This document shows, piece by piece, positions 9,034 to 18,332 of a stretch of DNA of 56,177 bases. Origin of the DNA: Eubacteriales bacterium. Lineage in GTDB: Bacteria; Bacillota; Clostridia; Oscillospirales; CAG-272. The DNA lies in assembly GCA_045614425.1 (NCBI GenBank), contig JAZLCX010000131.1, positions 1 to 56,177 of the forward strand, given 5' to 3'. The position numbers and the translations under genes were made by a program. Below the pieces are notes generated by a model. The model searched no databases. It saw only the letters and a list, made by a program, of their open reading frames with translations, and was not told where the DNA came from. How positions within the stretch are numbered: the first letter of the stretch is position 1; every line of letters begins with the position of its first letter.

Positions 9034-9492
9034 ATGGGCTCGGACAAGCCGTGCGCAACGGTTGAGGAAGAAATCAAAGAGCACGGTACGTATGCAACGA
9101 ATACGGTCGGCACAAGTATGCGTCCCCTTTTCAAGACGCACAGAGACGTCGTGCTTCTTAAAGCTCCCGAACGCGAAATAAGGAAATACGACGTAGTATT
9201 TTATAGCGATGCAAAGGGCAGACATATTCTGCACCGTGTAATAGGATTTCGCGAAGACTGCCTTATAATCCGCGGCGACAACACGTTTGTCAAGGAATAC
9301 GTACCGCGCGAGCGAGTAGTCGCGTATATGGTCGCGTTTAACAGAAACGGCAAGCGTCACAGCACCGACGAATTCGGATATAAGCTCTATTCCCGACTTT
9401 GGCACTATATATATCCTCTTCGCGTCCTATGGCGCAAGATGAGAAGCCTTCTCGGAAAAATTAAAAGAAGCCTCTTTAAGAAAAAAACATAA
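9034..9492 (+). CDS. S24/S26-family (LexA/signal-peptidase-like) serine peptidase with no N-terminal TM segment
   Basis: 152 aa with the nucleophile motif GTSMRPLF and a later ILHRVIG...IIRGDN segment resembling SPase I boxes D/E. The C-terminus is a basic amphipathic tail. The gene starts 3 nt after the PqqD-like gene. Confidence 0.65.
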   Translation: MGSDKPCATVEEEIKEHGTYATNTVGTSMRPLFKTHRDVVLLKAPEREIRKYDVVFYSDAKGRHILHRVIGFREDCLIIRGDNTFVKEYVPRERVVAYMVAFNRNGKRHSTDEFGYKLYSRLWHYIYPLRVLWRKMRSLLGKIKRSLFKKKT

Positions 9493-9497
9493 CTTAC

Positions 9498-9546
9498 AAA
9501 AAAAGCACTGCACGTCACCGGGGGGTGAAATGCAGTGCTTTTTTAT
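9498..9546. terminator. Bidirectional rho-independent terminator
   Basis: aaaaaaagcactgca ... tgcagtgctttttt forms a 9-bp GC-containing stem flanked by A- and T-tracts. It lies between the convergent peptidase and malQ genes. Confidence 0.8.
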
Positions 9547-11000
9547 CTTCCGTAAACAGTGTTCAGGTCGGCATATTTTTTGCGGTCGAATTTTTCGAAT
9601 TCACCTCGCCGAAGCCTGAAGCTCCAGTTGCCGTCCTTAGTGCCCGGGGTGTTCATTCTCGCAAAACTTCCGAGGTGAAGAAGGTCTTGTATAGGGAAAA
9701 TTACAAGGCTTGACTTGCTTTTGAAGAGTGCCTCAATCATTGTGTCGCAGAGCTCCTTGTCGCTCGCACCGCGAGAGCCGAAATAATCAAATATACGTCC
9801 CCGTGTTACGGAATCAAGCTCGGAAACGTATCCGAAAAGGGTATTGTTATCGTGGGTGCCGCTGTAAGCCGCAGTGTCGGAGGTGAGATTCTTTGGCAGA
9901 TGAGGTGAGCTTTCGTCACCGAAAAATGCAAACTGTAAAACACGCGTGCCAAGAAAGGAGCTGTAAGAGCGGAGCTCGTTTACATCTTCGGTTATGTCGC
10001 CGAGGTCCTCGGCAATTACCGTTTTGTTTTCGGTGTACGGCTTGATAGCATCTATAAGAAGCCGCCCCGGGCCTTTTATCCATTTTCCGTTTCGTGCGTC
10101 GGTTGCATTTCCGTCGATTGCGTAAAAATGCTCAAATCCTCTGAAATGGTCGATTCTTACTCCGTCAAATAGCTTAGCCGCGTATTCCATCCGCCTTTTC
10201 CAAAATGAAAAGCCGTCAGCTTCCATATACCTGTAGTCGTAAATCGGGTTGCCCCAAAGCTGACCCGTGCTTGAAAAATAATCGGGCGGCACTCCTGCGA
10301 CAAGAGTCGGGAAACCGTTCCCGTCAAGAAGAAAATTCTTTCGGTTAAAGTAGACGTCGGCACTGTTCAGGTCAACGTATATGGGCACGTCGCCTATAAT
10401 TTCTATGCCTTTTGAATTAGCGTAATTTTTAACCGCTTTCCACTCTTCTAAAAATTCGTAATAAATAAATTTCCAACCGAAAAGTCTGTCGTTGTCGGGT
10501 TCGAATTTTGTCCATTTTTGCCACGCGCCGCCGTTTTCCTCCGCGAGTGTGAGAAACTCCGCAGAAGCGGATAGCTCGGGCCACTCCGAAAGAAGAGAAT
10601 CAATTTCGGAGCAGAGTGTGGGGTTTTTCGCCGCGCGCGATGCCGCAAGAAAGAGCAGCTCAAGCCGTGAGGACTTTATATGGGATAATCCGTCTGACAA
10701 GAGAGCCGCCGCCCTTTCGGACGACAGCTCTTCCTTGGTGATATAACCTTTGTCATAAAGTGACACGGGGTCTATTAAATATGGGTTTAATCCAAACAGT
10801 GAAGGAGATTTGTACGGCGAAGAGTACTTGTCGGGCGGTGAGAACGGCAGAGTTTGCCAAATACCAAAGCCCGAGTCGGCAAGAAGGTCGCAAAATTCAC
10901 ACGCCTCCTTGCCAAGTACACCTATTCCGAAATCTCCCCAAAGACTTGTGGGGTGCAGGAGCACTCCGCTTTTTTTCTTTTCCTTAAAGGACGTCTGCAA
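9543..11000 (-). CDS. malQ: 4-alpha-glucanotransferase (amylomaltase, GH77)
   Basis: Motifs GVLLHPTSLWGDFGIG, VRIDHFRGF, IAEDLG and GTHDN are present. The track start at 11114 would overlap aroF by 130 nt. Plausible real starts are TTG 11000 or GTG 10964, and neither is verified. Confidence 0.85.
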   Translation of the reverse strand: MQTSFKEKKKSGVLLHPTSLWGDFGIGVLGKEACEFCDLLADSGFGIWQTLPFSPPDKYSSPYKSPSLFGLNPYLIDPVSLYDKGYITKEELSSERAAALLSDGLSHIKSSRLELLFLAASRAAKNPTLCSEIDSLLSEWPELSASAEFLTLAEENGGAWQKWTKFEPDNDRLFGWKFIYYEFLEEWKAVKNYANSKGIEIIGDVPIYVDLNSADVYFNRKNFLLDGNGFPTLVAGVPPDYFSSTGQLWGNPIYDYRYMEADGFSFWKRRMEYAAKLFDGVRIDHFRGFEHFYAIDGNATDARNGKWIKGPGRLLIDAIKPYTENKTVIAEDLGDITEDVNELRSYSSFLGTRVLQFAFFGDESSPHLPKNLTSDTAAYSGTHDNNTLFGYVSELDSVTRGRIFDYFGSRGASDKELCDTMIEALFKSKSSLVIFPIQDLLHLGSFARMNTPGTKDGNWSFRLRRGEFEKFDRKKYADLNTVYGR

Positions 11001-12018
11001 TATCGTAAATAAGCCTTTCGGTTTTCTCCCAGCCGAGACAGGGGTCGGTGATAGATTTTCCGTAAATGTCGTTTTCGTGTATCGTCTGACAGCCCTCCTC
11101 GATGTAGCTTTCAATCATAAGTCCCTTGACAAGCCCCTTGATATCGTTCGAGTGACGGCGGCTGTGAAGGACCTCTTTTGCGATTCTTATCTGCTCGAGG
11201 TACTGCTTGTTTGAGTTTGCATGGTTGGTATCTACTATGACGGCAGGATTTGAAAGTCCGCTTTCGGAATACCTTTCGTAAAGAGCGTAAAGGTCCTCGT
11301 AATGATAGTTGGGGTGCATTTTTCCGTGTTTATCCATATAACCGCGTAAAATTGCGTGTGCGTACTCGTTTCCGAGCGTTTTTACCTCCCAGCCTCTGTA
11401 TGAGAACATATGCGAGGATTGAGCGGCCTTTATTGAGTTCATCATAATATTTATGTCGCCGCTCGTAGGATTTTTCATTCCGACGGGAACCGAAAGACCG
11501 CTCGCGGTAAGTCTGTGCTGCTGGTTTTCGACCGAACGCGCGCCGATGGCTACGTAGGTCAGAATGTCGGAAAGATATCTGTAATTTTCGGGATAGAGCA
11601 TCTCGTCCGCGCATCCGAGTCCCGTTTCGGAAATTGCGCGCATGTGTATCTTTCTTATGGCTATGATACCCTTAAGTATATCGGGCGATGCATTGGGGTC
11701 GGGCTGGTGAAGCATTCCCTTGTAGCCGTCTCCGGTTGTTCGGGGCTTGTTTGTGTATATTCTCGGAACGAGCATTATTTTATCGCTTACCTTTTCCTGA
11801 AGGCGCGCGAGTCTGTGAATATAATCAAGAACCGGCTCTTCGCTGTCGGCGGAGCAGGGGCCTATTATGAGAATGAACTTGTCGCTCCGTCCGGCGAAAA
11901 TATCGTTAAGCTCGCTTATTCTTTCCTTACGGTACTTGAGTACTGTGTCCGTAACGGGAAACTGTTCCTTAAGCTCCTTTGGAATCGGAAGCTTTCTGTA
12001 AAAAATCATATTTTCCAT
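10984..12018 (-). CDS. aroF: 3-deoxy-7-phosphoheptulonate (DAHP) synthase, class I AroF/G/H-like
   Basis: 344 aa with IIGPCSADS, PRIYTNKPRTT.GYKGM and VDTNHANS motifs. Confidence 0.9.
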   Translation of the reverse strand: MENMIFYRKLPIPKELKEQFPVTDTVLKYRKERISELNDIFAGRSDKFILIIGPCSADSEEPVLDYIHRLARLQEKVSDKIMLVPRIYTNKPRTTGDGYKGMLHQPDPNASPDILKGIIAIRKIHMRAISETGLGCADEMLYPENYRYLSDILTYVAIGARSVENQQHRLTASGLSVPVGMKNPTSGDINIMMNSIKAAQSSHMFSYRGWEVKTLGNEYAHAILRGYMDKHGKMHPNYHYEDLYALYERYSESGLSNPAVIVDTNHANSNKQYLEQIRIAKEVLHSRRHSNDIKGLVKGLMIESYIEEGCQTIHENDIYGKSITDPCLGWEKTERLIYDIADVL

Positions 12019-12028
12019 TTTCTATACC

Positions 12029-13252
12029 TCAAGTGTCAATTTTGACATCTTCAAAGATTTTTATTCCGAGTGCCTTTAAATTTTCAAAAAAATGGGAATA
12101 GCTCTTCTTTACCGCCTCAGCGCCGTCAATTTCACCGCCGACAAGCGTAAGCAGAACCGAGAGTGCCATAACTATTCTATGGTCGCCGTGTCCCGAGAGT
12201 ACCTCGGTCGGAGCATGAAAGTCTATCGGATATATAGCAACCGTATCCTCGTAAACACTGACCGCAGTACCGAACTTACGAAGCTCCCTAGCCATAGCTT
12301 CGGCTCGGTCGCTTTCCTTAATTCTGAGACGCGCTGTTCCGCTGAAGACGCCGCCGTATTTAGCCGCAGCAACCGCAAAAAGAACGGGAGCGAGGTCGGG
12401 GCAATCGCCTATGTGTATACCGGGAGAGCCTGAGGCAAGCATATCAAAATAACGCTTGTAAACTCTGTCGCCTTGAATGCTGTCGGGTGAAAGTCCCGAA
12501 ATTTTCACCTGTCCGTCGAAAAGATTGAGTGCATCGGGAAATGCCGCACCTGAATAATCGCCCTCAACGGTTACGTCGCGGGGGGTAAAGACCTGACCGC
12601 CGGGAATTTTCAGCGTGTATTCGTCTGCCCATTCAACCGAAATTCCGAATTCCCGTACGGCGTTTACCGTGAGATTAATATAAGAACGGCTTTCTATCGG
12701 GGGTATTATTTTTATAATGCTTTCCGACTCGAGATTCGGCAGAGCAAAAATAAGACCGCTTATGAACTGACTGCTTACGTTTCCCTGAATACAGTATTCG
12801 CCGCTTGTGAGAGGACCTCTTACTACTATGCTTTCCCCGTCGTTTATATACGTGAGTCCCTTTTCTTCGAAAAGCTTCTCATAAATTCCCATAGGACGAC
12901 GCATAAGACTCTTCGAACCGTAAAAAACAGCGGAATTGCCGGAGAGCATTGCTAAAGGTATCATAAAACGCAGAGTGCTTGCGCTTTCTCTTGCGTGGAG
13001 AGGGGCGGTAGGGGTGGCGTTTCTGAAATTCTTACCGAAAACGGTAACGTCGCTGCCGTGCTTTTCTGCTTTTATTCCGAGAGAGGTGAGGCAGTCAAGA
13101 GTTGCTTCTACGTCATCGCAGTCGGAAATACCGTGTACTGTACTTACTCCGTCGCACATAGCAGCGGATATCAATAGCCTGTGCGCCATGCTTTTGGAAG
13201 GAGGAGCGGAGATTTTGCCTCTCGCCGTGCCTTTTTCAATTCTTATTTTCAT
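12029..13252 (-). CDS. aroA: 3-phosphoshikimate 1-carboxyvinyltransferase (EPSP synthase)
   Basis: 407 aa with APPSKSMAHRLLI, a LMRRPM loop, and the RIKESDR and GDHRIVMA motifs. Confidence 0.95.
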   Translation of the reverse strand: MKIRIEKGTARGKISAPPSKSMAHRLLISAAMCDGVSTVHGISDCDDVEATLDCLTSLGIKAEKHGSDVTVFGKNFRNATPTAPLHARESASTLRFMIPLAMLSGNSAVFYGSKSLMRRPMGIYEKLFEEKGLTYINDGESIVVRGPLTSGEYCIQGNVSSQFISGLIFALPNLESESIIKIIPPIESRSYINLTVNAVREFGISVEWADEYTLKIPGGQVFTPRDVTVEGDYSGAAFPDALNLFDGQVKISGLSPDSIQGDRVYKRYFDMLASGSPGIHIGDCPDLAPVLFAVAAAKYGGVFSGTARLRIKESDRAEAMARELRKFGTAVSVYEDTVAIYPIDFHAPTEVLSGHGDHRIVMALSVLLTLVGGEIDGAEAVKKSYSHFFENLKALGIKIFEDVKIDT

Positions 13253-13692
13253 TCCTGAGAAGCACCCTCCAAAATAAAGTCGATAGCCATAAGGTAACCC
13301 CGGATTCCATGACCGCTCACGGTCTTTGCCGCTGCCCGTCTTATGTAGCTTACCTGTCTGAAATCCTCGCGCTCCTCAAGCTTTGAAATATGAACCTCAA
13401 CGGTTTTTATTCCGACAGCCTTTACGGCATCGAGAAGGGCAATGCTCGTGTGTGTATATGCGCCGGGATTTATAACAATGCCCGAAGCCCCCTCGAAGTA
13501 TGCCTCTTGAATTTTGTCAACGAGCGCGCCCTCGTGGTTTGACTGGTAGATAACGGCGTCAAAGCCCTTTTCCTTTGCGTATGATTCAATCATACCGGTG
13601 AGCGCCGCATAATCCTCGCGCCCGTAAATATCGGGCTCTCTTATGCCGAGCATATTAAGGTTCGGTCCGTTAATGATGTATATTTTATTCAT
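13249..13692 (-). CDS. aroQ: Type II 3-dehydroquinate dehydratase
   Basis: 147 aa with INGPNLNMLGIREPDIYG, QSNHEG and NPGAYTHTS. There are 4-nt overlaps with both neighbouring genes. Confidence 0.95.
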   Translation of the reverse strand: MNKIYIINGPNLNMLGIREPDIYGREDYAALTGMIESYAKEKGFDAVIYQSNHEGALVDKIQEAYFEGASGIVINPGAYTHTSIALLDAVKAVGIKTVEVHISKLEEREDFRQVSYIRRAAAKTVSGHGIRGYLMAIDFILEGASQE

Positions 13693-14927
13693 ATTCCGAA
13701 ATTCCTTTCAATTCTTTCCCTGACACCGTCAGCATCGCAATCGGCATCTATTTTGCAGTCTGCTGTGCCGATATAAATGCCGTAACGCTCTTTGTATCTC
13801 TTTTCAATAGCCTCTCGGCTTTTTGAAAGAGGTCTGTCATCCGTGGGAATAAGGGCTGAAAGCGGGCGGTCAATGAAATAAAGCCGACCGTTTTCCTTAA
13901 GCGCCGAAACATTTTTACCTCGTAAAACAGCTCCGCCGCCGACCGAGATGACAGCACCGCACATCCCTGACACCTCGGCGATGACAGAGCTTTCAAGGTC
14001 GCGGAAATATTCTTCACCGTGATTCTCGAAGATTTCGGTGATGCTTTTGCCCGCGTGCTCTTCAATGAGGGCATCCGTGTCGACAAATTTACGTCCGAGT
14101 CTTTCCGAAAGCAACCTGCCAACCGTGCTTTTTCCGGCGCCCGGCATTCCTGTCAGTACTATGCTTTCCTTTTCTTTAAGCATGCTCCGGTAAATTTCTT
14201 CGATTATACCGTCCGGGTACTTCGTATCGAGGAATATTTCGGATGCGCGAACTGCCTGCGCGACGACCATATAAAGTCCGCCGGAAGCCGAAATTCCAAG
14301 CCCCTTTGCCGACATAATGAGCGGCGTTCTCAAGGGATTGTATATCGCGTCGATTACTCCCGAAAGACAGTCAAATCCCGAGAGAGACACGGGCGTGTCA
14401 AATATATTTGGGGACATACCCACGGGGGTGGTGTTGATTATTACCTCGGTATCTCTGTGATTTTTGTAAAAATCCTCGTAGCTTACCGCTCCGTCCTTTG
14501 CTGTTCTGCTGACACGGATTATGCTTTTTGCACCCGAGTTACGAGCCGCACACAAAGCGGTTCTTGATGTTCCGCCCGTGCCTAAAATCGCAACACGCTT
14601 ATCGGCTAAAGACACACCGGCGTGCGAACAGAGGGCGAGCATACCGTAGTAGTCGGTATTGTAGCCGTAAAGCTTATCGCCTCTTTTGACTACCGTGTTC
14701 ACAGCTCCGATTTCCTTTGCGGAGCCGTCTATGTAATCGAGATAGGGAATTACCGCGGACTTATAGGGAATTGTAACGTTTATTCCGAGAAAGTCGCGTT
14801 TTTTCATAAAAGTGTCGAGCTCTTCCCTTTGTATCTCGCAAAGCTCATAGTTGTAATCGGCGAGCTTTCCGTGAATATCTTTTGAAAAGCTATGTGAAAG
14901 TCGCTCGCCTATTAAACCGTATTTCAT
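13689..14927 (-). CDS. aroE/aroK: Fused shikimate dehydrogenase (N-terminal) / shikimate kinase (C-terminal)
   Basis: 412 aa. The N-terminal part has LIGERLSHSFSKDIH, NVTIPYK and ILGTGGTSR. The C-terminal part has the P-loop LTGMPGAGKSTVGRLL and FVDTD. Confidence 0.9.
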   Translation of the reverse strand: MKYGLIGERLSHSFSKDIHGKLADYNYELCEIQREELDTFMKKRDFLGINVTIPYKSAVIPYLDYIDGSAKEIGAVNTVVKRGDKLYGYNTDYYGMLALCSHAGVSLADKRVAILGTGGTSRTALCAARNSGAKSIIRVSRTAKDGAVSYEDFYKNHRDTEVIINTTPVGMSPNIFDTPVSLSGFDCLSGVIDAIYNPLRTPLIMSAKGLGISASGGLYMVVAQAVRASEIFLDTKYPDGIIEEIYRSMLKEKESIVLTGMPGAGKSTVGRLLSERLGRKFVDTDALIEEHAGKSITEIFENHGEEYFRDLESSVIAEVSGMCGAVISVGGGAVLRGKNVSALKENGRLYFIDRPLSALIPTDDRPLSKSREAIEKRYKERYGIYIGTADCKIDADCDADGVRERIERNFGI

Positions 14928-14950
14928 CTCTATACTTCCTTTTTTGTAAA

Positions 14951-16054
14951 CTATTGTTCACTTTTTTCGCGAAGAAAGTCGGTTCCGTATCTTGTCGTAA
15001 GCATATCCGCAATTGCGATTGCTATTGCCGAGTCGACAACGGCACGGGCTCTGTGTATTATTGCGGGGTCGTGTCTGCCCGAGAGACTTAACTTTTCCTC
15101 GGTCATTGTTTTAAGGTTAACCGTATTTTGCTCCTTGAAAATCGACGGTGTCGGCTTCACTGCACAGCGCACTAAGATAGGCATTCCGTTCGTTATGCCG
15201 CCGTTTATACCGCCATTATGGTTTGAGGCGGTCTGGACTTTTCCGTCATCGAGGATAAATGGGTCGTTCGCCTCGCTTCCGAGCATATCCGCAAGTGTAA
15301 ATCCCTCACCGAATTCAACGCCCTTGATGCCGCCGATGGAGAAGAGTATGTGTGAAATCATACTTTCCGCACTGTCAAACCAAGGCTCACCGATGCCGGC
15401 GGGAACGCCTATGACAGCGCTTTCAAGAATTCCGCCTACGCTGTCTCCCTTTTCCTTTGCCGCTTTGATTTCGGATTTCATAAGAGCTTCGGCATCGTCG
15501 GAAAGTGTGGGAAAGACTTTTTCCGAAAGAAGCGCGATATCCTCGGAATAGTCTTCAAATTTTCTGTCAGCTATTCCGTGAAGGCGGGATATATGCGTTC
15601 CTATTTCTATTCCGATTCCGTGAAGTGCCGAGCGGATTACAGCACCCGCAAGGACGAGCGCCGCTGTGACTCTGCCCGAAAAATGTCCGCCGCCGCGATA
15701 GTCCTCATATCCGTGGTATTTAATGCTTGCCGTATAGTCGGCGTGGCTGGGACGGGGGAGATTTCTCGTTTTTTCGTAATCACAGCTTCTCGTGTTTTCG
15801 TTGGGTATTATAACAGTCAGCGGAGCGCCTGTCGTATAGCCGTTAAACACTCCGGAAACAAAGGAATAATTGTCCTTTTCAACTCTCGACGTTGAAAATT
15901 CACCCGCGGGACGTCTTTCAGAAAGTCTTTTTTCTATATACCCGTCATCAATCTTTATACCGGGCGCGATTCCGTCAATAACAGCGCCGACACAGCTTCC
16001 GTGGCTTTCGCCGAAGATGGTAACGGTAAGGCTGTTGCCAAAAGTGTTTTTCAT
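14951..16054 (-). CDS. aroC: Chorismate synthase
   Basis: 367 aa with FGESHG, RPSHADYT, GGGHFSGR and SGRHDP motifs. Confidence 0.95.
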   Translation of the reverse strand: MKNTFGNSLTVTIFGESHGSCVGAVIDGIAPGIKIDDGYIEKRLSERRPAGEFSTSRVEKDNYSFVSGVFNGYTTGAPLTVIIPNENTRSCDYEKTRNLPRPSHADYTASIKYHGYEDYRGGGHFSGRVTAALVLAGAVIRSALHGIGIEIGTHISRLHGIADRKFEDYSEDIALLSEKVFPTLSDDAEALMKSEIKAAKEKGDSVGGILESAVIGVPAGIGEPWFDSAESMISHILFSIGGIKGVEFGEGFTLADMLGSEANDPFILDDGKVQTASNHNGGINGGITNGMPILVRCAVKPTPSIFKEQNTVNLKTMTEEKLSLSGRHDPAIIHRARAVVDSAIAIAIADMLTTRYGTDFLREKSEQ

Positions 16055-17073
16055 TATTTTAACATCTCTTTTCTCACAAGATTTGAAAAGTCGTCGACCG
16101 TGATTTTTTCCATTCGGAAGCTTCCCGGCTCATCTACGAATACGGCGTCAATGACACCGTTAAGGCATTTTTTGTCGTGTATTACAAACTCAAGAGCCTG
16201 TTCGATATTTCCGTCGTAAGCGGTGGGGAGTCCGAGCTTCCGAAGAACCCTTATAAGACGTGCTCTTACCGCTTCCGAAGAGGTAGGTATCATACCGAGC
16301 GCGACGCATTCGCCGTGATAAAGACCGTCCTTAACCGATTCTATACCGTGTCCGAGGGTGTGACCGAAATTCAAAACTTTGCGAAGACCGCTTTCGCGCT
16401 CGTCCTTTTCAACCACACTGAGTTTGATTTTAAGTGAGCGAATAATAATATCCTCAATGTCGAGCGAGCTTTCATTTTCAAAAGTAGCGAAAAGCTCGCT
16501 GTCCGAGGTGAGAGCCATCTTTATGACCTCTGCAAAGCCTGCCGAAATCTGCCTTTCGGGAAGGGTTTTAAGCGTTTCGGGGTCAATTAATACAGCCTTC
16601 GGTTGATAGAATGCGCCGACAATGTTTTTTACTCCTCCGAAGTTGACGGCGGTTTTTCCGCCAATCGAGGAATCCACCTGAGAGAGAAGCGTCGTCGGAA
16701 GATTGTAAAAATCGATTCCTCTCATATAAACCGATGCCGCAAAGCCGCCGAGGTCGCCGACAACACCGCCGCCAACCGCAACCAGACAGTCGCCGCGCGA
16801 CATATCGAATTCGAGCATAACCGAGAGAATCTTTTCGAGCATCGCAAGGCTTTTTGTGCCTTCGCCCTCGGGAGCTGTGAAAATAACCGCTTCTTTAGAC
16901 TTTTTAAGTATTTTTTCCGAGTATTCCTTCGGAACACCGGTGTCCGTAAGTATAAATACCTTTCTCTCAAGGTTGAATATCTCCTCCGCGGAGTCGATAA
17001 GTCCTGCACCGACCGATATATCGTATCCGTCTTTTCCAAGATTAATTCTAAGCTTATTCATAATATTCTCCAT
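16054..17073 (-). CDS. aroB: 3-dehydroquinate synthase
   Basis: 339 aa with VAVGGGVVGDLGGF, PTTLLSQVDSSIGGKTAVN and NFGHTLGHGIE. Confidence 0.95.
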   Translation of the reverse strand: MENIMNKLRINLGKDGYDISVGAGLIDSAEEIFNLERKVFILTDTGVPKEYSEKILKKSKEAVIFTAPEGEGTKSLAMLEKILSVMLEFDMSRGDCLVAVGGGVVGDLGGFAASVYMRGIDFYNLPTTLLSQVDSSIGGKTAVNFGGVKNIVGAFYQPKAVLIDPETLKTLPERQISAGFAEVIKMALTSDSELFATFENESSLDIEDIIIRSLKIKLSVVEKDERESGLRKVLNFGHTLGHGIESVKDGLYHGECVALGMIPTSSEAVRARLIRVLRKLGLPTAYDGNIEQALEFVIHDKKCLNGVIDAVFVDEPGSFRMEKITVDDFSNLVRKEMLK

Positions 17074-17108
17074 TCCGCCGCCGGCAGATAATCCGTTATT
17101 TTACACTA

Positions 17109-18194
17109 TCATTCTTTAATATACGTTCCAAGAGATTTGAGCCTGTCACAGCACTTCCGAAGCTCGAGCATCATATCAGCGCCATCTTCGGTATTTACGT
17201 TTCCTTCAGCCTCAACGTAGAAATAATACTGCCAAAGCAGCTCCTTCATCGGACGGCTTCTGAGGCTTCGCATATTAAAGCCGTGCTTTCCTATAATTTC
17301 TATCGCCTTTGCAAGCGCTCCCGCCTCGTTGCGTACTGCAAACATAAGCGAGGTGTGAATATTAGGGCTGTTCGTCTCATATCTGTTTTCAGCGCGTGAA
17401 AGCACCGCGAATTTTGTCGTGTTGGTTCTTGCCACGTTTATATTTCTCTCAAGAACCTGAAGCCCGAAGATTTCCGCAGCCTCCTCGCTAGCTATCGCGG
17501 CGAGCGTTTTATCGTTTGAGCGGGATACCTCCTTCGCCGCAAGGGCTGTATTTGCATACTCAAGCTGCAAAAATCCCTTTTCTCTTATATACGAGGCGCA
17601 CTGTCCAAGTGCTTGAGGATGGCTGATTACCCGTTTTATATCCGAGAGCGAAGCACCGGGAAGAGCAAGAAGGTCGTGTGAAACCGGAAGTTCTATCGTA
17701 TCGGTTATATAAAGAGAACCCGAAAACATAAGGTCTGTTACCTGACCGACCTCGCCGTTATAGCTGTTTTCTATCGGAAGTACAACGGCATCGCAGCTGC
17801 CGTTTTCAACTGCGTGATATGCACATTCAAAGTTGTCATAGGCAATCTTTGCAGCAGAGGGGAAGAGCTTTTTGGCGGCAATGTGCGCAAATGCCCCCTC
17901 TGTTCCCGAATAGGCTATCTTCATTCCCTCGATAAGCCGTCTCTGGTAGTCCTTCGAGATTGAAATATTGTTTTTTATGAAATTTACGTAATACTCGCGA
18001 ATCACTTTGTCCGAAACCAATTCGGAATTTCTCGCGATAACCTCGGCTTCACGCGACGAATCGGTGATTTGCAGTCCGTGCTCTATTTTATGCTCGGCGA
18101 TCGCCTTTACTGCACTCATACGCATAGTGAAGAGCTCTGCCATCTTTTTATCAATTTCGTTGAGCTTGTTTCTTGCCTTTTCAAGTGAATTCAT
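17109..18194 (-). CDS. pheA: Bifunctional chorismate mutase / prephenate dehydratase with C-terminal ACT domain
   Basis: The track ORF is 17109..18206. I prefer the ATG at 18194 (MNSLEKARNKLNEIDKKMAELF), which lies 5 nt after GAGGG. The ORF has a CM helix region, the PDT motifs YSGTEGAFAH and ISHPQALGQC, and the ACT segment LMFAVRNEAGALAKAIEIIGKHGFNM. Confidence 0.9.
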   Translation of the reverse strand: MNSLEKARNKLNEIDKKMAELFTMRMSAVKAIAEHKIEHGLQITDSSREAEVIARNSELVSDKVIREYYVNFIKNNISISKDYQRRLIEGMKIAYSGTEGAFAHIAAKKLFPSAAKIAYDNFECAYHAVENGSCDAVVLPIENSYNGEVGQVTDLMFSGSLYITDTIELPVSHDLLALPGASLSDIKRVISHPQALGQCASYIREKGFLQLEYANTALAAKEVSRSNDKTLAAIASEEAAEIFGLQVLERNINVARTNTTKFAVLSRAENRYETNSPNIHTSLMFAVRNEAGALAKAIEIIGKHGFNMRSLRSRPMKELLWQYYFYVEAEGNVNTEDGADMMLELRKCCDRLKSLGTYIKE

Positions 18195-18214
18195 AATAAC
18201 CCTCATAGCATCAA

Positions 18215-18229
18215 GTTAACAGTGTTAAC
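18215..18229. promoter_or_regulatory. Palindromic operator GTTAACAGTGTTAAC in the aro-operon leader
   Basis: A 15-bp palindrome that is perfect except for the centre base. It lies 21 nt upstream of the pheA ATG and downstream of the -10 at 18246-18251. A near-identical copy lies at 18333-18347. Confidence 0.6.
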
Positions 18230-18245
18230 ATAGTTTGATATAACT

Positions 18246-18274
18246 ATTATATCCGCAAAAAATAACAAAGTCAA
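18246..18274 (-). promoter_or_regulatory. Sigma-A promoter of the aro operon (TTGACT-17-TATAAT)
   Basis: On the minus strand, ttgact is the complement of 18269-18274 and tataat the complement of 18246-18251, with a 17-nt spacer. Confidence 0.65.
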
Positions 18275-18303
18275 TAGTTTTAGAGGATTTTTTACTAAAA
18301 GTA

Positions 18304-18332
18304 TTGTTTTTTTAGGAAATGTTTGATATACT
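18304..18332 (+). promoter_or_regulatory. Putative promoter of the TetR gene (TTGTTT-17-TGaTATACT)
   Basis: -35 ttgttt at 18304-18309, extended TG at 18324-18325, and -10 tatact at 18327-18332. The second operator copy follows immediately. Confidence 0.5.

Noticed and set aside
8800-9405. 201-aa minus-strand ORF overlapping the PqqD-like and peptidase genes.
   Set aside because: The plus-strand genes have family motifs, an RBS, a promoter and a terminator. The antisense ORF has none of these.
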